Shown: in pieces, positions 18,384 through 26,723 of the stretch
Numbering within the stretch: position 1 is the stretch's first letter
Layout of the letters: each line of letters begins with the position of its first letter
Source: a virus
DNA: 43,992 nt
Virus record (IMG/VR): IMGVR_UViG_3300013458_000001
Coordinates: 1 to 43,992 of that record
Strand: one strand, 5' to 3'
Notes under the pieces: model-generated
Seen by the model: only the letters and a program-made list of their open reading frames with translations
The model's database searches: none
Told to the model about the DNA's origin: nothing
Made by a program: the position numbers and the translations under genes

Positions 18384-19322
18384 TTGATATTACATGATGT
18401 TGAAGTTTACAAAAATAAAGAACGTTTACGTATTAGTGACAATCGCTTTACTGGTACTGCGTTGAGAGTTGTTTCTTACGATGTTAAAGGAGCAGGGTAT
18501 GAACGTAAGTTTGATGAAATTGATCGTGTTAACGGTAGATTTCACAATGCTACTAAAGAAGAAAAGAAAAGCATATCTATGACTGTAAGGTTCGATGTAG
18601 AAAAGATAGCTTATGCTTCTCATTTAAAAGCGAACATACAAGATATGTTAAGAGGTCATTTTTATCTTAGGGAATTAGCAGCGTCTGAAAGTGAAATTAA
18701 ATTTGAAAATATATTCGAACCTAAAAACCAATCTTTCGAATTGGAATATGTTGATGGTAGACAAATATTCGTCGGTTTAGTTAATGAAGTATCATTCGAC
18801 ACTACCAAAACGTCAGGTGAATTCACACTAGACTTCGAAACGATTGAATTACCATACTTTGAGAGCATTGGCTATAGTACAGATTTAGAAAAAGAGAGTG
18901 GTAATTTGAATAAATGGGGTATTCCTGACAAAAACCCGTTCAACACATCTCATAAAGAGCGTAGATACACATTCTACGACACTAAAGTAGGCGAAGTTTA
19001 CTATGGCGGCACAGCTGAAATAAACCAATTTAACCAAGACAGTGTGGTAGAAATGGTTCTAGGAGAAAACATTAGCAAAAAAGATAGCGACGGTTTTAAC
19101 TTCTATATGACACATAGCGACATTATGAAAATAAGTGGTTTAGAGTTGAAAGCCGGTGATGTTATCAAATTTGACGGCATTCATGTATATCGTAATAACT
19201 TACGCATTGATGATTACAACAAGACGAAGCAACAACCTGTGTTAATGCCTGGTTGGAACACTTTCCATACAACTAAGAAACTTCAAAAAATCACGTTTAA
19301 GCATAAAAGATATTACTTGTAA
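18384..19322 (+). CDS. Distal tail protein (Dit-like)
   Basis: Position after the tape measure gene. TTG start with SD aaggag. Confidence 0.75.
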   Translation: MILHDVEVYKNKERLRISDNRFTGTALRVVSYDVKGAGYERKFDEIDRVNGRFHNATKEEKKSISMTVRFDVEKIAYASHLKANIQDMLRGHFYLRELAASESEIKFENIFEPKNQSFELEYVDGRQIFVGLVNEVSFDTTKTSGEFTLDFETIELPYFESIGYSTDLEKESGNLNKWGIPDKNPFNTSHKERRYTFYDTKVGEVYYGGTAEINQFNQDSVVEMVLGENISKKDSDGFNFYMTHSDIMKISGLELKAGDVIKFDGIHVYRNNLRIDDYNKTKQQPVLMPGWNTFHTTKKLQKITFKHKRYYL

Positions 19323-19335
19323 GGAGGTTGCTTAA

Positions 19336-21192
19336 TTGCCAATATTATTAAAAACATTACAGGGCATTGGGCAATCCCTACCTGTAGAAACAAAATTAAA
19401 CGAGAAATTAAATGAAGATGGCTCTTTAGAAATAGAAATGGTAGAAAACAAAGCTACATTTGACGCTATAGGGGCTATTACTAAAATGTGGACGATCACT
19501 GGTGTTGGTGGTGCTGACGACCTAAACGAATACCGTATCGTTATGTTAGACAAAACAACTGTAGGTCAAAAGGAAAAGTTAACAATCAAAGCACGTCCTG
19601 TTGAATTAGATGACCTAAACAATTTAAGGGTGTACGAAGTATATAATGGTAGTTTCACAGGAAAAAGCTACTTTGACTTAGTTTTTAAAGATACCGGTTA
19701 TAAGTACGAATTACACGCTAAGGTTTCATCTTCTAAATTTGAAAATCTAGGTAATCACGATACAAACTTAGAATTATTCAAAAAAGGTTTGGAAAGATAT
19801 AACTTAGAATATGAATATAACGCTAAAACAAAGACTTTTCATTTATATGATATTGTTCAAAGAAAAGCTAACTATTACATTAAAGCCGGTGTTAATGCAA
19901 ATAATGTAAAAGTTCAAGAAGACGCTTCTAAGTGTTACACCTACATTAGAGGTTATGGTGGCTTTGATGGGCAACAAACTTTTAACGAAGCTAGCTTGCA
20001 ATATGAGTATACACACCCCTTAGCTGACTTAATAGGCAAACGTCATGCGCCACCTGTTGTAGATGGACGCATAACAAAGGGAGATACACTTAAAAAAGCT
20101 ATGGAGTTAGTTATACAAGAGAGTTTAAAAACATCTGTAACACTAGACTTCATTTCTTTGCAAAAACATTTTAAAGAAGCAGTACCTAGAGTTGGGGATA
20201 TTGTGAATGTAATTGATGATTTAATAGGTTTAAACGAGTTTGTTAGAATTATCGAAATCACTACACATCGAGATATTAACAACAAGATTATCAAACAAGA
20301 CGTAGTACTTGGGGAATTTAGATTACAAGATAGATACATGAAAGCAGTAAATACTGCTGCGAATTATGTTAAAGCTATCAAATCTAACAAATCTGATCCA
20401 GCTAAAGATTTAAGGATGATTCAAGCGCAAAACAATGCAAATACTAAGACTGCACAAGATTTGCAGAAGAAAACCGATGATATAAAAAGAAAATTAGAAA
20501 GTGCACATGCAAAGAGTGTTACAACTGCAAATGGTACTATCGTTCACGACTTTACACCTAAGTCCAAGATTAGAAAAGTTAAAACAATAGGTACTATTGG
20601 AGATTCTGTAGCTAAAGGTACTGGTGCTAAAACCAACTTTACGCAAATGTTAGCTAAGAAGATTAAGGCTAAGTCAACTAACTTAGCTGTTAGTGGTGCG
20701 ACAATGAGCACAAACAAAGAGAATAGTATTTATGATCAAGCAACTAAAATTAAAGCTGATTTAATCATTGTTCAAGGTACAGATGATGATTGGACTAATG
20801 ATATTGATATAGGCACTGATAAAACGGATACTAAGACGTTTTACGGTGCCTTTTATAGTGCTATCTCTAAAATAAAGAGTAATAACCCTAAATCTAAAAT
20901 AATCGTTATGACACCTACTAAACAGTGTTATATAAAAGACGGTAAAACCATAAGAAAAGACACTACTAAAAATGGTTTAGGTCACACTTTAGCTGATTAT
21001 GTAGATGTTCAAATAGACGCTTGTAACGAACTAGATATACCTGTGTATGACGCTTATCATTCAACAAAATTCAAACCCAATATACCTTCGTACAGAAAAT
21101 CGAGTATGCCTGACGGGGTACACCCTAATGAAAAAGGTCATGAGGTCATTATGTATGAATTGATTAAAAACTTTTATGGTTTTTATGGCTAA
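19336..21192 (+). CDS. Tail-associated protein (Tal-like N-terminus) with a C-terminal SGNH/GDSL esterase domain
   Basis: Position after Dit. C-terminal blocks GTIGDSVAKGTGA, GTDDDW and DGVHPNEKGH are SGNH blocks I, III and V. Confidence 0.8.
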   Translation: MPILLKTLQGIGQSLPVETKLNEKLNEDGSLEIEMVENKATFDAIGAITKMWTITGVGGADDLNEYRIVMLDKTTVGQKEKLTIKARPVELDDLNNLRVYEVYNGSFTGKSYFDLVFKDTGYKYELHAKVSSSKFENLGNHDTNLELFKKGLERYNLEYEYNAKTKTFHLYDIVQRKANYYIKAGVNANNVKVQEDASKCYTYIRGYGGFDGQQTFNEASLQYEYTHPLADLIGKRHAPPVVDGRITKGDTLKKAMELVIQESLKTSVTLDFISLQKHFKEAVPRVGDIVNVIDDLIGLNEFVRIIEITTHRDINNKIIKQDVVLGEFRLQDRYMKAVNTAANYVKAIKSNKSDPAKDLRMIQAQNNANTKTAQDLQKKTDDIKRKLESAHAKSVTTANGTIVHDFTPKSKIRKVKTIGTIGDSVAKGTGAKTNFTQMLAKKIKAKSTNLAVSGATMSTNKENSIYDQATKIKADLIIVQGTDDDWTNDIDIGTDKTDTKTFYGAFYSAISKIKSNNPKSKIIVMTPTKQCYIKDGKTIRKDTTKNGLGHTLADYVDVQIDACNELDIPVYDAYHSTKFKPNIPSYRKSSMPDGVHPNEKGHEVIMYELIKNFYGFYG

Positions 21193-21205
21193 GGAGGTCA
21201 AAAAT

Positions 21206-23872
21206 TTGAAATTAGATAATTTAATTACGAAACTTCACTCGTACTTTAGTCAAAAATTTGTAAGTCAACTAGAAAACAACTTCGAACAAATAAAATACTG
21301 GACTAATAAAAGTGATGATAGCTTTAACATGCATTTAACCACTCAAAAAAACGCACACACTACTGATCAAATTAAACACAAAACTACAAAAGGTGAAGAT
21401 GTTGTCTTATCAAATCACGAAAATTATCAAGACGAACTCATTGAACATCTTGTGTTAGGTCATAACGGTGATGGCAATAATGAATTAAAGGCTAGTCACA
21501 CATCAATGGACGCTCAAAGTTTCGATTCATTACACCAACGTCTATATCATGACTTTTTAAGAGAAAGTAACGCTAGAGAAGAGCTAAGAGCTGACTTAAC
21601 TAAGAAAATACAACGTATTGTTAATGTCGATGATTTTGGAGGAGATCCAACAGGACAAAAGGACAGTACTAAAGCTTTCCAAGACGCATTAGGTAACGGT
21701 AATGTACAGGTAACTATGAGTGGTGGTACTTACCTCACAACTGGCATTAAAATGCCTAACAACTCACGTTTAGTAGGACAGGGTAAAGATGTCACTATAA
21801 TTAAGTTTATGGACGAAACTCCTGCAGAGAACATCGGTATCACTAACTTAAAAATGAGTGGTGGAGCTGAAAACATTTCATTAGAAAGCTTCTCGTTCAA
21901 CGGGAATAAGTTTAGACAAAATAAAACGCTTAAAGCTACGGGTGGCTCTCGTTCATCTAACATTAGATTTGCGGGTGTAACTAATGGTTATATCTACAAC
22001 GTCAAATCGTACGACGCTTTGTTACATTGTATCGATGTAACATATGCAAATGACAATTATTACTACGAAGGCGATGGTAATCGCGTTCCTTATTCATTAG
22101 AAAGTAAACATATATTTATCGATAATTGTGAGATATATGGTTGCGGAGATGACGGTATTACTACCCATCACTCTCGTTACATTACAATTTCTAATTGTTA
22201 TGCACATACACCAACAGGTGGAAGTAATAACAACGGTATAGAAATTGACGATGGTTCACAATTTGTTTTCTTATCGAATAATAGAACTAAAGGTAACTTC
22301 GGTGGTTTAGAAATCAAAGCGCACTCAAACGCAAATGCAGCAAGTGGCGTTTTCGTTAATGGGCACATTTCAATTGAAGATACAAGGGCGTACAACATTC
22401 GACACATCGGTCACCATAGAGCTAAAACAGACAATAAAAGTTTAACAGCATATGATGTAGTGTTAAATAATTGTCTGGCTTTAAACCCTAAATACAATGG
22501 TGTGTATCCAGGTTCAACACCTAGAGCATTATTAATCAGTGCTTATAAAAATGTTTCTGTAAATAACTTTACAGCTATAGGCGATAGTGATTTCGGAAAA
22601 TTAGAAGGTGGAAAACTAGATACGAAGCAACCTGCAATTGCTATTCAATTTATGTCTGAAAATATTTTACTTAATAACATTAATGTACGTAACTTTAAAA
22701 ATGCCGATGTCGATATCAGATTATTCGGCGGAGATAATAGACCGTCTAGAGTATCACTAAATAACATAAATATTTGGAATTCATCTAACAATATCGGTAT
22801 CGGTGTTGGAAGTAAAATATACGACACTAAAATAACTAATTGTAACTTACACGGCAATGGTTCAGGTATAGGATTACGTTTGACAAATAACCACGCTATG
22901 ATTAGCGGTGTCACAGCTGATAATTATTCAACACCTGCATGGATAGCAGGAGAAAAGTATGACACACCACCTACAGTAGGGAAAGGTGGCGCTAGTATAG
23001 CGTCTACAGGAAGTGCTGGTGTAGCAAACGCTAGTGCAGTGATTGCATCTACAGGTGGTTCAAAAGCATACAGTAATCGTAGCTTTGTATTAGGCTCTGG
23101 TGCTAACTCCAAATCTTATGGTTCACGTAGTGGTATTATCAATTCACTTAATTCTGAAACTGATAAAACAGGCCATACACAACTGATTATGAATAGTAAT
23201 CGTGTTAAGTCACCTGGCAACTATCATGTTGTCGCTGGATATGGTTCTAGTGGTAGTGCTTCTACATCTAACATTAAATTTGATTTAAGCACTTATTCAG
23301 GAAACTTAACTTTAGCCGGTCAACTTAAACAAGATAGTGCTGATATTGCAGAGTTATTCGAGTCGCAAAACGGATTAGCAATTGACTTAGGAACTATTGT
23401 TACATTAGACGTAGACAAGATAAGAAAAGCGCAACCTAGTGACGAGCCTATTGGTGTTATTTCTGGCACTGCTGCATTAGTAGCTAATGAAAAAACATTC
23501 CACCACAAAGATAGATTTCTTAAAAACGAATATGGTGTAACTATCACAAACAGAAAACAAGTTGAATTTGTAGACGATGAGGGAAATGTTTCATTCGAAT
23601 GGCGTGATGTACCTGTAGAAAATCCTGAATATGACGACAAAATCGATTATCAATCACGTTCAGAACGTCCTGAATGGAATGTAGTCGGATTATTAGGCCA
23701 AATCTATACAAATATTGAAAAAGACGTTATACCAGGCGACTATATTAACGGTAGAGCAGGTATAGGCTATAAAGATAATGTGAACGGTAAAGGTAGAGTT
23801 ATGAAGATAACTTCTGAATACAATGAAGAACGTGGTTGTGCAATAGCTTTAGTATTGTGGGGTGCTAAATAA
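21206..23872 (+). CDS. Tail spike with a pectate-lyase-like parallel beta-helix and a C-terminal auto-chaperone-like region
   Basis: DDFGGDPTGQKDSTKAFQDAL is a Pectate_lyase_3-like start. PbH1-like repeats include IDNCEIYGCGDDGITTHHS and GIEIDDGS. TTG at 21206 follows the SD aaggagg; the track ORF starts at 21176. Confidence 0.75.
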   Translation: MKLDNLITKLHSYFSQKFVSQLENNFEQIKYWTNKSDDSFNMHLTTQKNAHTTDQIKHKTTKGEDVVLSNHENYQDELIEHLVLGHNGDGNNELKASHTSMDAQSFDSLHQRLYHDFLRESNAREELRADLTKKIQRIVNVDDFGGDPTGQKDSTKAFQDALGNGNVQVTMSGGTYLTTGIKMPNNSRLVGQGKDVTIIKFMDETPAENIGITNLKMSGGAENISLESFSFNGNKFRQNKTLKATGGSRSSNIRFAGVTNGYIYNVKSYDALLHCIDVTYANDNYYYEGDGNRVPYSLESKHIFIDNCEIYGCGDDGITTHHSRYITISNCYAHTPTGGSNNNGIEIDDGSQFVFLSNNRTKGNFGGLEIKAHSNANAASGVFVNGHISIEDTRAYNIRHIGHHRAKTDNKSLTAYDVVLNNCLALNPKYNGVYPGSTPRALLISAYKNVSVNNFTAIGDSDFGKLEGGKLDTKQPAIAIQFMSENILLNNINVRNFKNADVDIRLFGGDNRPSRVSLNNINIWNSSNNIGIGVGSKIYDTKITNCNLHGNGSGIGLRLTNNHAMISGVTADNYSTPAWIAGEKYDTPPTVGKGGASIASTGSAGVANASAVIASTGGSKAYSNRSFVLGSGANSKSYGSRSGIINSLNSETDKTGHTQLIMNSNRVKSPGNYHVVAGYGSSGSASTSNIKFDLSTYSGNLTLAGQLKQDSADIAELFESQNGLAIDLGTIVTLDVDKIRKAQPSDEPIGVISGTAALVANEKTFHHKDRFLKNEYGVTITNRKQVEFVDDEGNVSFEWRDVPVENPEYDDKIDYQSRSERPEWNVVGLLGQIYTNIEKDVIPGDYINGRAGIGYKDNVNGKGRVMKITSEYNEERGCAIALVLWGAK

Positions 23873-25404
23873 TGGAATTAGAAAAAGTAGGTAAACTTGA
23901 TTTAAATGAAGAACCATATTTACAACCGATATCTAATAGAGGTATCGGTTTTTATAATCTTGATAAAAACACTGCTAAATTTCAATTTGTAGTACAAAAA
24001 GATAATAAACCTTTGCTAATTAGTGATAAGAATGTTAAGGGTTATGCTTTCTTTAAAGCTGCGAATGGAACAGAAGAAAAACGACCTAGTACATCAGGTG
24101 TATTAGACGTAGAATTAATTGATCCAATGAAAGGATTAATAGGTATTACGGTACCTCAATGGTTTCTGAAAAATGTTGTCGATTCTGAAGTGTTGGGTGA
24201 AATTTACTTATCACTCAATGATGTGAATAACGTAGGGAAAGACGACACTGTTGTATTAGGTACCTTTAAATTCACAGTACGTGATAGTCTTATAAATCAA
24301 ATTGAAAGCGACATCAAAGTGTCTTACATTCGCATGTTTGATGAGTTGCGTTCGGAATTAGAAAAGAAAGTGCAACAACTTAAGCAGGATATAGGCGATA
24401 CACAAACGTTGATTGAAACTATAAGACAAACAGCTGAAGATTATCTAGTTAAGATAAACAAAGCTCAAGCAGACGCTATTGTTTCAATTACAGACGCATT
24501 AATGTCGTCTAACCAAAGCATTGGCTTAGAGAGAGAAGAAGCTTTAAGACAAATAGACGCTAAACGTGACGCCATCAAGACGGATTACGATTTAGCTTCT
24601 GATACGTTCAAAAAAACTTATGATAGCAATATGGACGCTTTTAACTCCAACGTTAATCAAGCTAATGCGACGATTGATGAAAAAGTTAATTCTTTTAACG
24701 AAACACTCAAAAATGATGGCTTCACTACTCCAAGTGATGTAGAACAAAAGTTTACAGATGCTAATTGGCAAAAGTACAAACTCACTAATGATGATGGAAC
24801 TAATTTTTATGATGCTAACCTACAAATAGATTTTAATAACAACGAACAATTAATGTCTTTACCAATAGGTACGAGATATGTTGTTCTAACTTCAAATAAT
24901 CCGAACGGAACTAATAACAATGGTTGGTTAACAAAGTACAAAAGAAATGGAGATGCTGTTCTAATACAATACCAACCTTATAATTCAACTGTAATCTACC
25001 AAAAAAGATTTTATAAGAATTGGAGCGATTGGGAACGTGTTGGTTCAGATGTTGTAGATACTGGTTGGATTGATTTACAACTAGTGAATAGCGCATCTCC
25101 ACATAACGGCTTAGTTACTAATGGTGGTTTTACTAGCGCGTACAGAACAATCACACAAAATGGAATTACTAAGAAAATGTTACGCATTAATGCTACAACT
25201 ATCAAACATGGACAGACTATTGCACTTTTACCTAAAGAATTCGTCAAAAACTTAATGTTTTTCTCGATAAGTGCACCTAGAAACAAAAACAACGGACGTA
25301 TTTCGTTGAATACATCAGGAACAGTGAATTTTGACGCTACTGTAGATCCATCAGCCTGGACTGATACAGATTACATTTACGGTCAATATGAATGGACGGA
25401 GTGA
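23872..25404 (+). CDS. Baseplate/fibre protein with a BppU_N-like N-terminus (510 aa)
   Basis: The N-terminus GIGFYNLDKNTAKFQFVV resembles the BppU_N domain and the paralogue at 28574. Confidence 0.7.
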   Translation: MELEKVGKLDLNEEPYLQPISNRGIGFYNLDKNTAKFQFVVQKDNKPLLISDKNVKGYAFFKAANGTEEKRPSTSGVLDVELIDPMKGLIGITVPQWFLKNVVDSEVLGEIYLSLNDVNNVGKDDTVVLGTFKFTVRDSLINQIESDIKVSYIRMFDELRSELEKKVQQLKQDIGDTQTLIETIRQTAEDYLVKINKAQADAIVSITDALMSSNQSIGLEREEALRQIDAKRDAIKTDYDLASDTFKKTYDSNMDAFNSNVNQANATIDEKVNSFNETLKNDGFTTPSDVEQKFTDANWQKYKLTNDDGTNFYDANLQIDFNNNEQLMSLPIGTRYVVLTSNNPNGTNNNGWLTKYKRNGDAVLIQYQPYNSTVIYQKRFYKNWSDWERVGSDVVDTGWIDLQLVNSASPHNGLVTNGGFTSAYRTITQNGITKKMLRINATTIKHGQTIALLPKEFVKNLMFFSISAPRNKNNGRISLNTSGTVNFDATVDPSAWTDTDYIYGQYEWTE

Positions 25405-25408
25405 TGAA

Positions 25409-25747
25409 ATGAAAGTAGTTTATTTATGGAAAAATGGACAAGCAATTATTGTTCACAAAAACGAAGAAGATGAATATGTTTATCCTGATGAAAAATGGAC
25501 TGAGAACAAACCTCCTCAAGGCATCATCTTACCTTGTTATTATGACGGTAAACAATGGGTTGGACAGACTCGAGATGAGCTAGAAAAGATGTTGCCTGAA
25601 GTAGAAATTCCTGTTGATGACAAAGATATTGCTATAGCTAAATTAACGAGCTTAGTTGTCGATTTACAAGAAGAGGTTATGAGTTTGAAACAGAACATCG
25701 CACTAATAACTGAAGAACAAGCAAATCAAAAATTGGGGGAAGCATAA
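25409..25747 (+). CDS. Fibre-cassette protein, copy 1 (DUF2977/XkdW-like, 112 aa)
   Basis: Paralogue of 29761-30096: PPQGIILPCYYDGKQWVG versus PPNGLYEPIYFNGIEWIG, and both have a C-terminal coiled coil. Confidence 0.65.
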   Translation: MKVVYLWKNGQAIIVHKNEEDEYVYPDEKWTENKPPQGIILPCYYDGKQWVGQTRDELEKMLPEVEIPVDDKDIAIAKLTSLVVDLQEEVMSLKQNIALITEEQANQKLGEA

Positions 25748-25748
25748 T

Positions 25749-25889
25749 ATGGATAAAGTAGTAATAGATTTATATAAGAAAAAATTATACACTGACGAAA
25801 CTTTCAAAAAGTTTGTTAGAGTTGGTTGGATTACTCCGGAACAATTTAAAGAAACTACAGGTAAAGATTACGAACCACAAGTTAAATAG
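25749..25889 (+). CDS. XkdX-like small protein, copy 1 (46 aa)
   Basis: Hand translation gives MDKVVIDLYKKKLYTDETFKKFVRVGWITPEQFKETTGKDYEPQVK. Paralogue of 30089-30235. Confidence 0.65.
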   Translation: MDKVVIDLYKKKLYTDETFKKFVRVGWITPEQFKETTGKDYEPQVK

Positions 25890-25905
25890 CTTGTGGTTTT
25901 TATTA
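25873..25905 (+). terminator. Intrinsic terminator overlapping the end of the XkdX-like gene
   Basis: aaccacaag-ttaaatag-cttgtggtt followed by tttattat. Confidence 0.7.
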
Positions 25906-25925
25906 TAAGTGAAGTAGGTGTTTAT

Positions 25926-26225
25926 ATGACAGAAAGTAGCCAAAGAGGAGATTATGAACGACGTATAAAAAGATTGGAAGATAACGACGAAAAAATCTTC
26001 AACTCTTTGGAACAGATAAAAGATGGACAGCACAATCAAAATTTAATTAATCAAAAAATGAATTTCACTTTGGACTCTATCAACAGAGAGAGGGAATTAG
26101 AATCTCAAAACAAAAAAGAAAATCAAAAAAATATCAAAGACATTAAAATGTGGGTTTTAGGATTGGTTGGTACTATAGCTGGTTCTTTAATCGTAGCAGT
26201 ATTAAGAATGTTTTTTGGTGTTTAA
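25926..26225 (+). CDS. XhlA-like membrane protein (99 aa)
   Basis: N-terminal coiled coil (RIKRLEDNDEKIFNSLEQIK) plus a single C-terminal TM segment (MWVLGLVGTIAGSLIVAVLRMFFGV). Confidence 0.65.
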   Translation: MTESSQRGDYERRIKRLEDNDEKIFNSLEQIKDGQHNQNLINQKMNFTLDSINRERELESQNKKENQKNIKDIKMWVLGLVGTIAGSLIVAVLRMFFGV

Positions 26226-26240
26226 AGGAGGTGAGTTACC

Positions 26241-26303
26241 ATGTTCGGATTATTTTTAGGCGCAAGTTTTTGGGAATGTTTCTGGTTTGGCAAATGTAAA
26301 TAA
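26241..26303 (+). CDS. 20-aa hydrophobic Cys/aromatic micropeptide ORF
   Basis: MFGLFLGASFWECFWFGKCK. Strong SD aaaggagg lies 9 nt upstream, and a terminator follows directly downstream. Confidence 0.45.
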   Translation: MFGLFLGASFWECFWFGKCK

Positions 26304-26313
26304 TTAAGAAACA

Positions 26314-26340
26314 AAGCCGGCTTTTTAGTCGGCTTTTTAT
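26314..26340 (+). terminator. Intrinsic terminator after the XhlA/micropeptide pair
   Basis: aagccg...cggctt stem followed by ttttt. Confidence 0.65.
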
Positions 26341-26363
26341 TATGCCAGAAATGAGGTGGATAT

Positions 26364-26477
26364 ATGGGATTACCTAGCCCTAAAAGAAGAAAACCCACTG
26401 CTTCGGAAGTTGCAGCATGGGCAAAGAGTAGAATTGGAAAAAGATTAGATGTCGATGGTTATTATGGAGCACAGTGT
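26364..26477 (+). CDS. Virion-associated peptidoglycan hydrolase, exon 1 (CHAP N-terminus, 38 codons)
   Basis: MGLPSPKRRKPTASEVAAWAKSRIGKRLDVDGYYGAQC ends at the CHAP catalytic Cys codon. SD gaggtgg. Confidence 0.8.
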
Positions 26478-26723
26478 TAAATCTAGCACCTTTGATGAGC
26501 AATCATCATAGCAAACTCCTCTAATTCATGGAAACCCTAAACAAGTTATGTTGTAGGCAATCATGAGCGAAGCCTATAAATAGGAACGTGCAACGACTAG
26601 TCGAAAGACGTACACTCAAGCGAGTGGAAACGGGGGGCAACCTTAATGGTTGATGATATAGTCTGAACATTCATAGAAATATGAAGAAGGTGACAAGTAG
26701 CGATTGTCATCGTAACAAAATTG
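26478..26723 (+). mobile_element. Group I intron (IA-like, ORF-less, 246 nt)
   Basis: The 5' exon ends in U paired to G (gtgt/gcac). The intron ends in G. Foldable elements: P2 26493-26508 (GCAA loop), P3 26516-21/26632-37, P4 26525-31/26561-67 with A-rich J4/5, P6 26573-84, P7 26595-99/26659-63, P7.1 26600-09 (GAAA), P7.2 26613-26, P8 26638-52, P9 26670-85 (GAAA), P9.1 26691-709. Confidence 0.8.

Noticed and set aside
25785-26039. 84-aa - strand ORF spanning the XkdX-like/XhlA-like junction, and 30127-30330 (-) spanning the second junction.
   Set aside because: Both cross + strand terminators and SD regions, are antisense to paralogue-supported genes, and have no SD.
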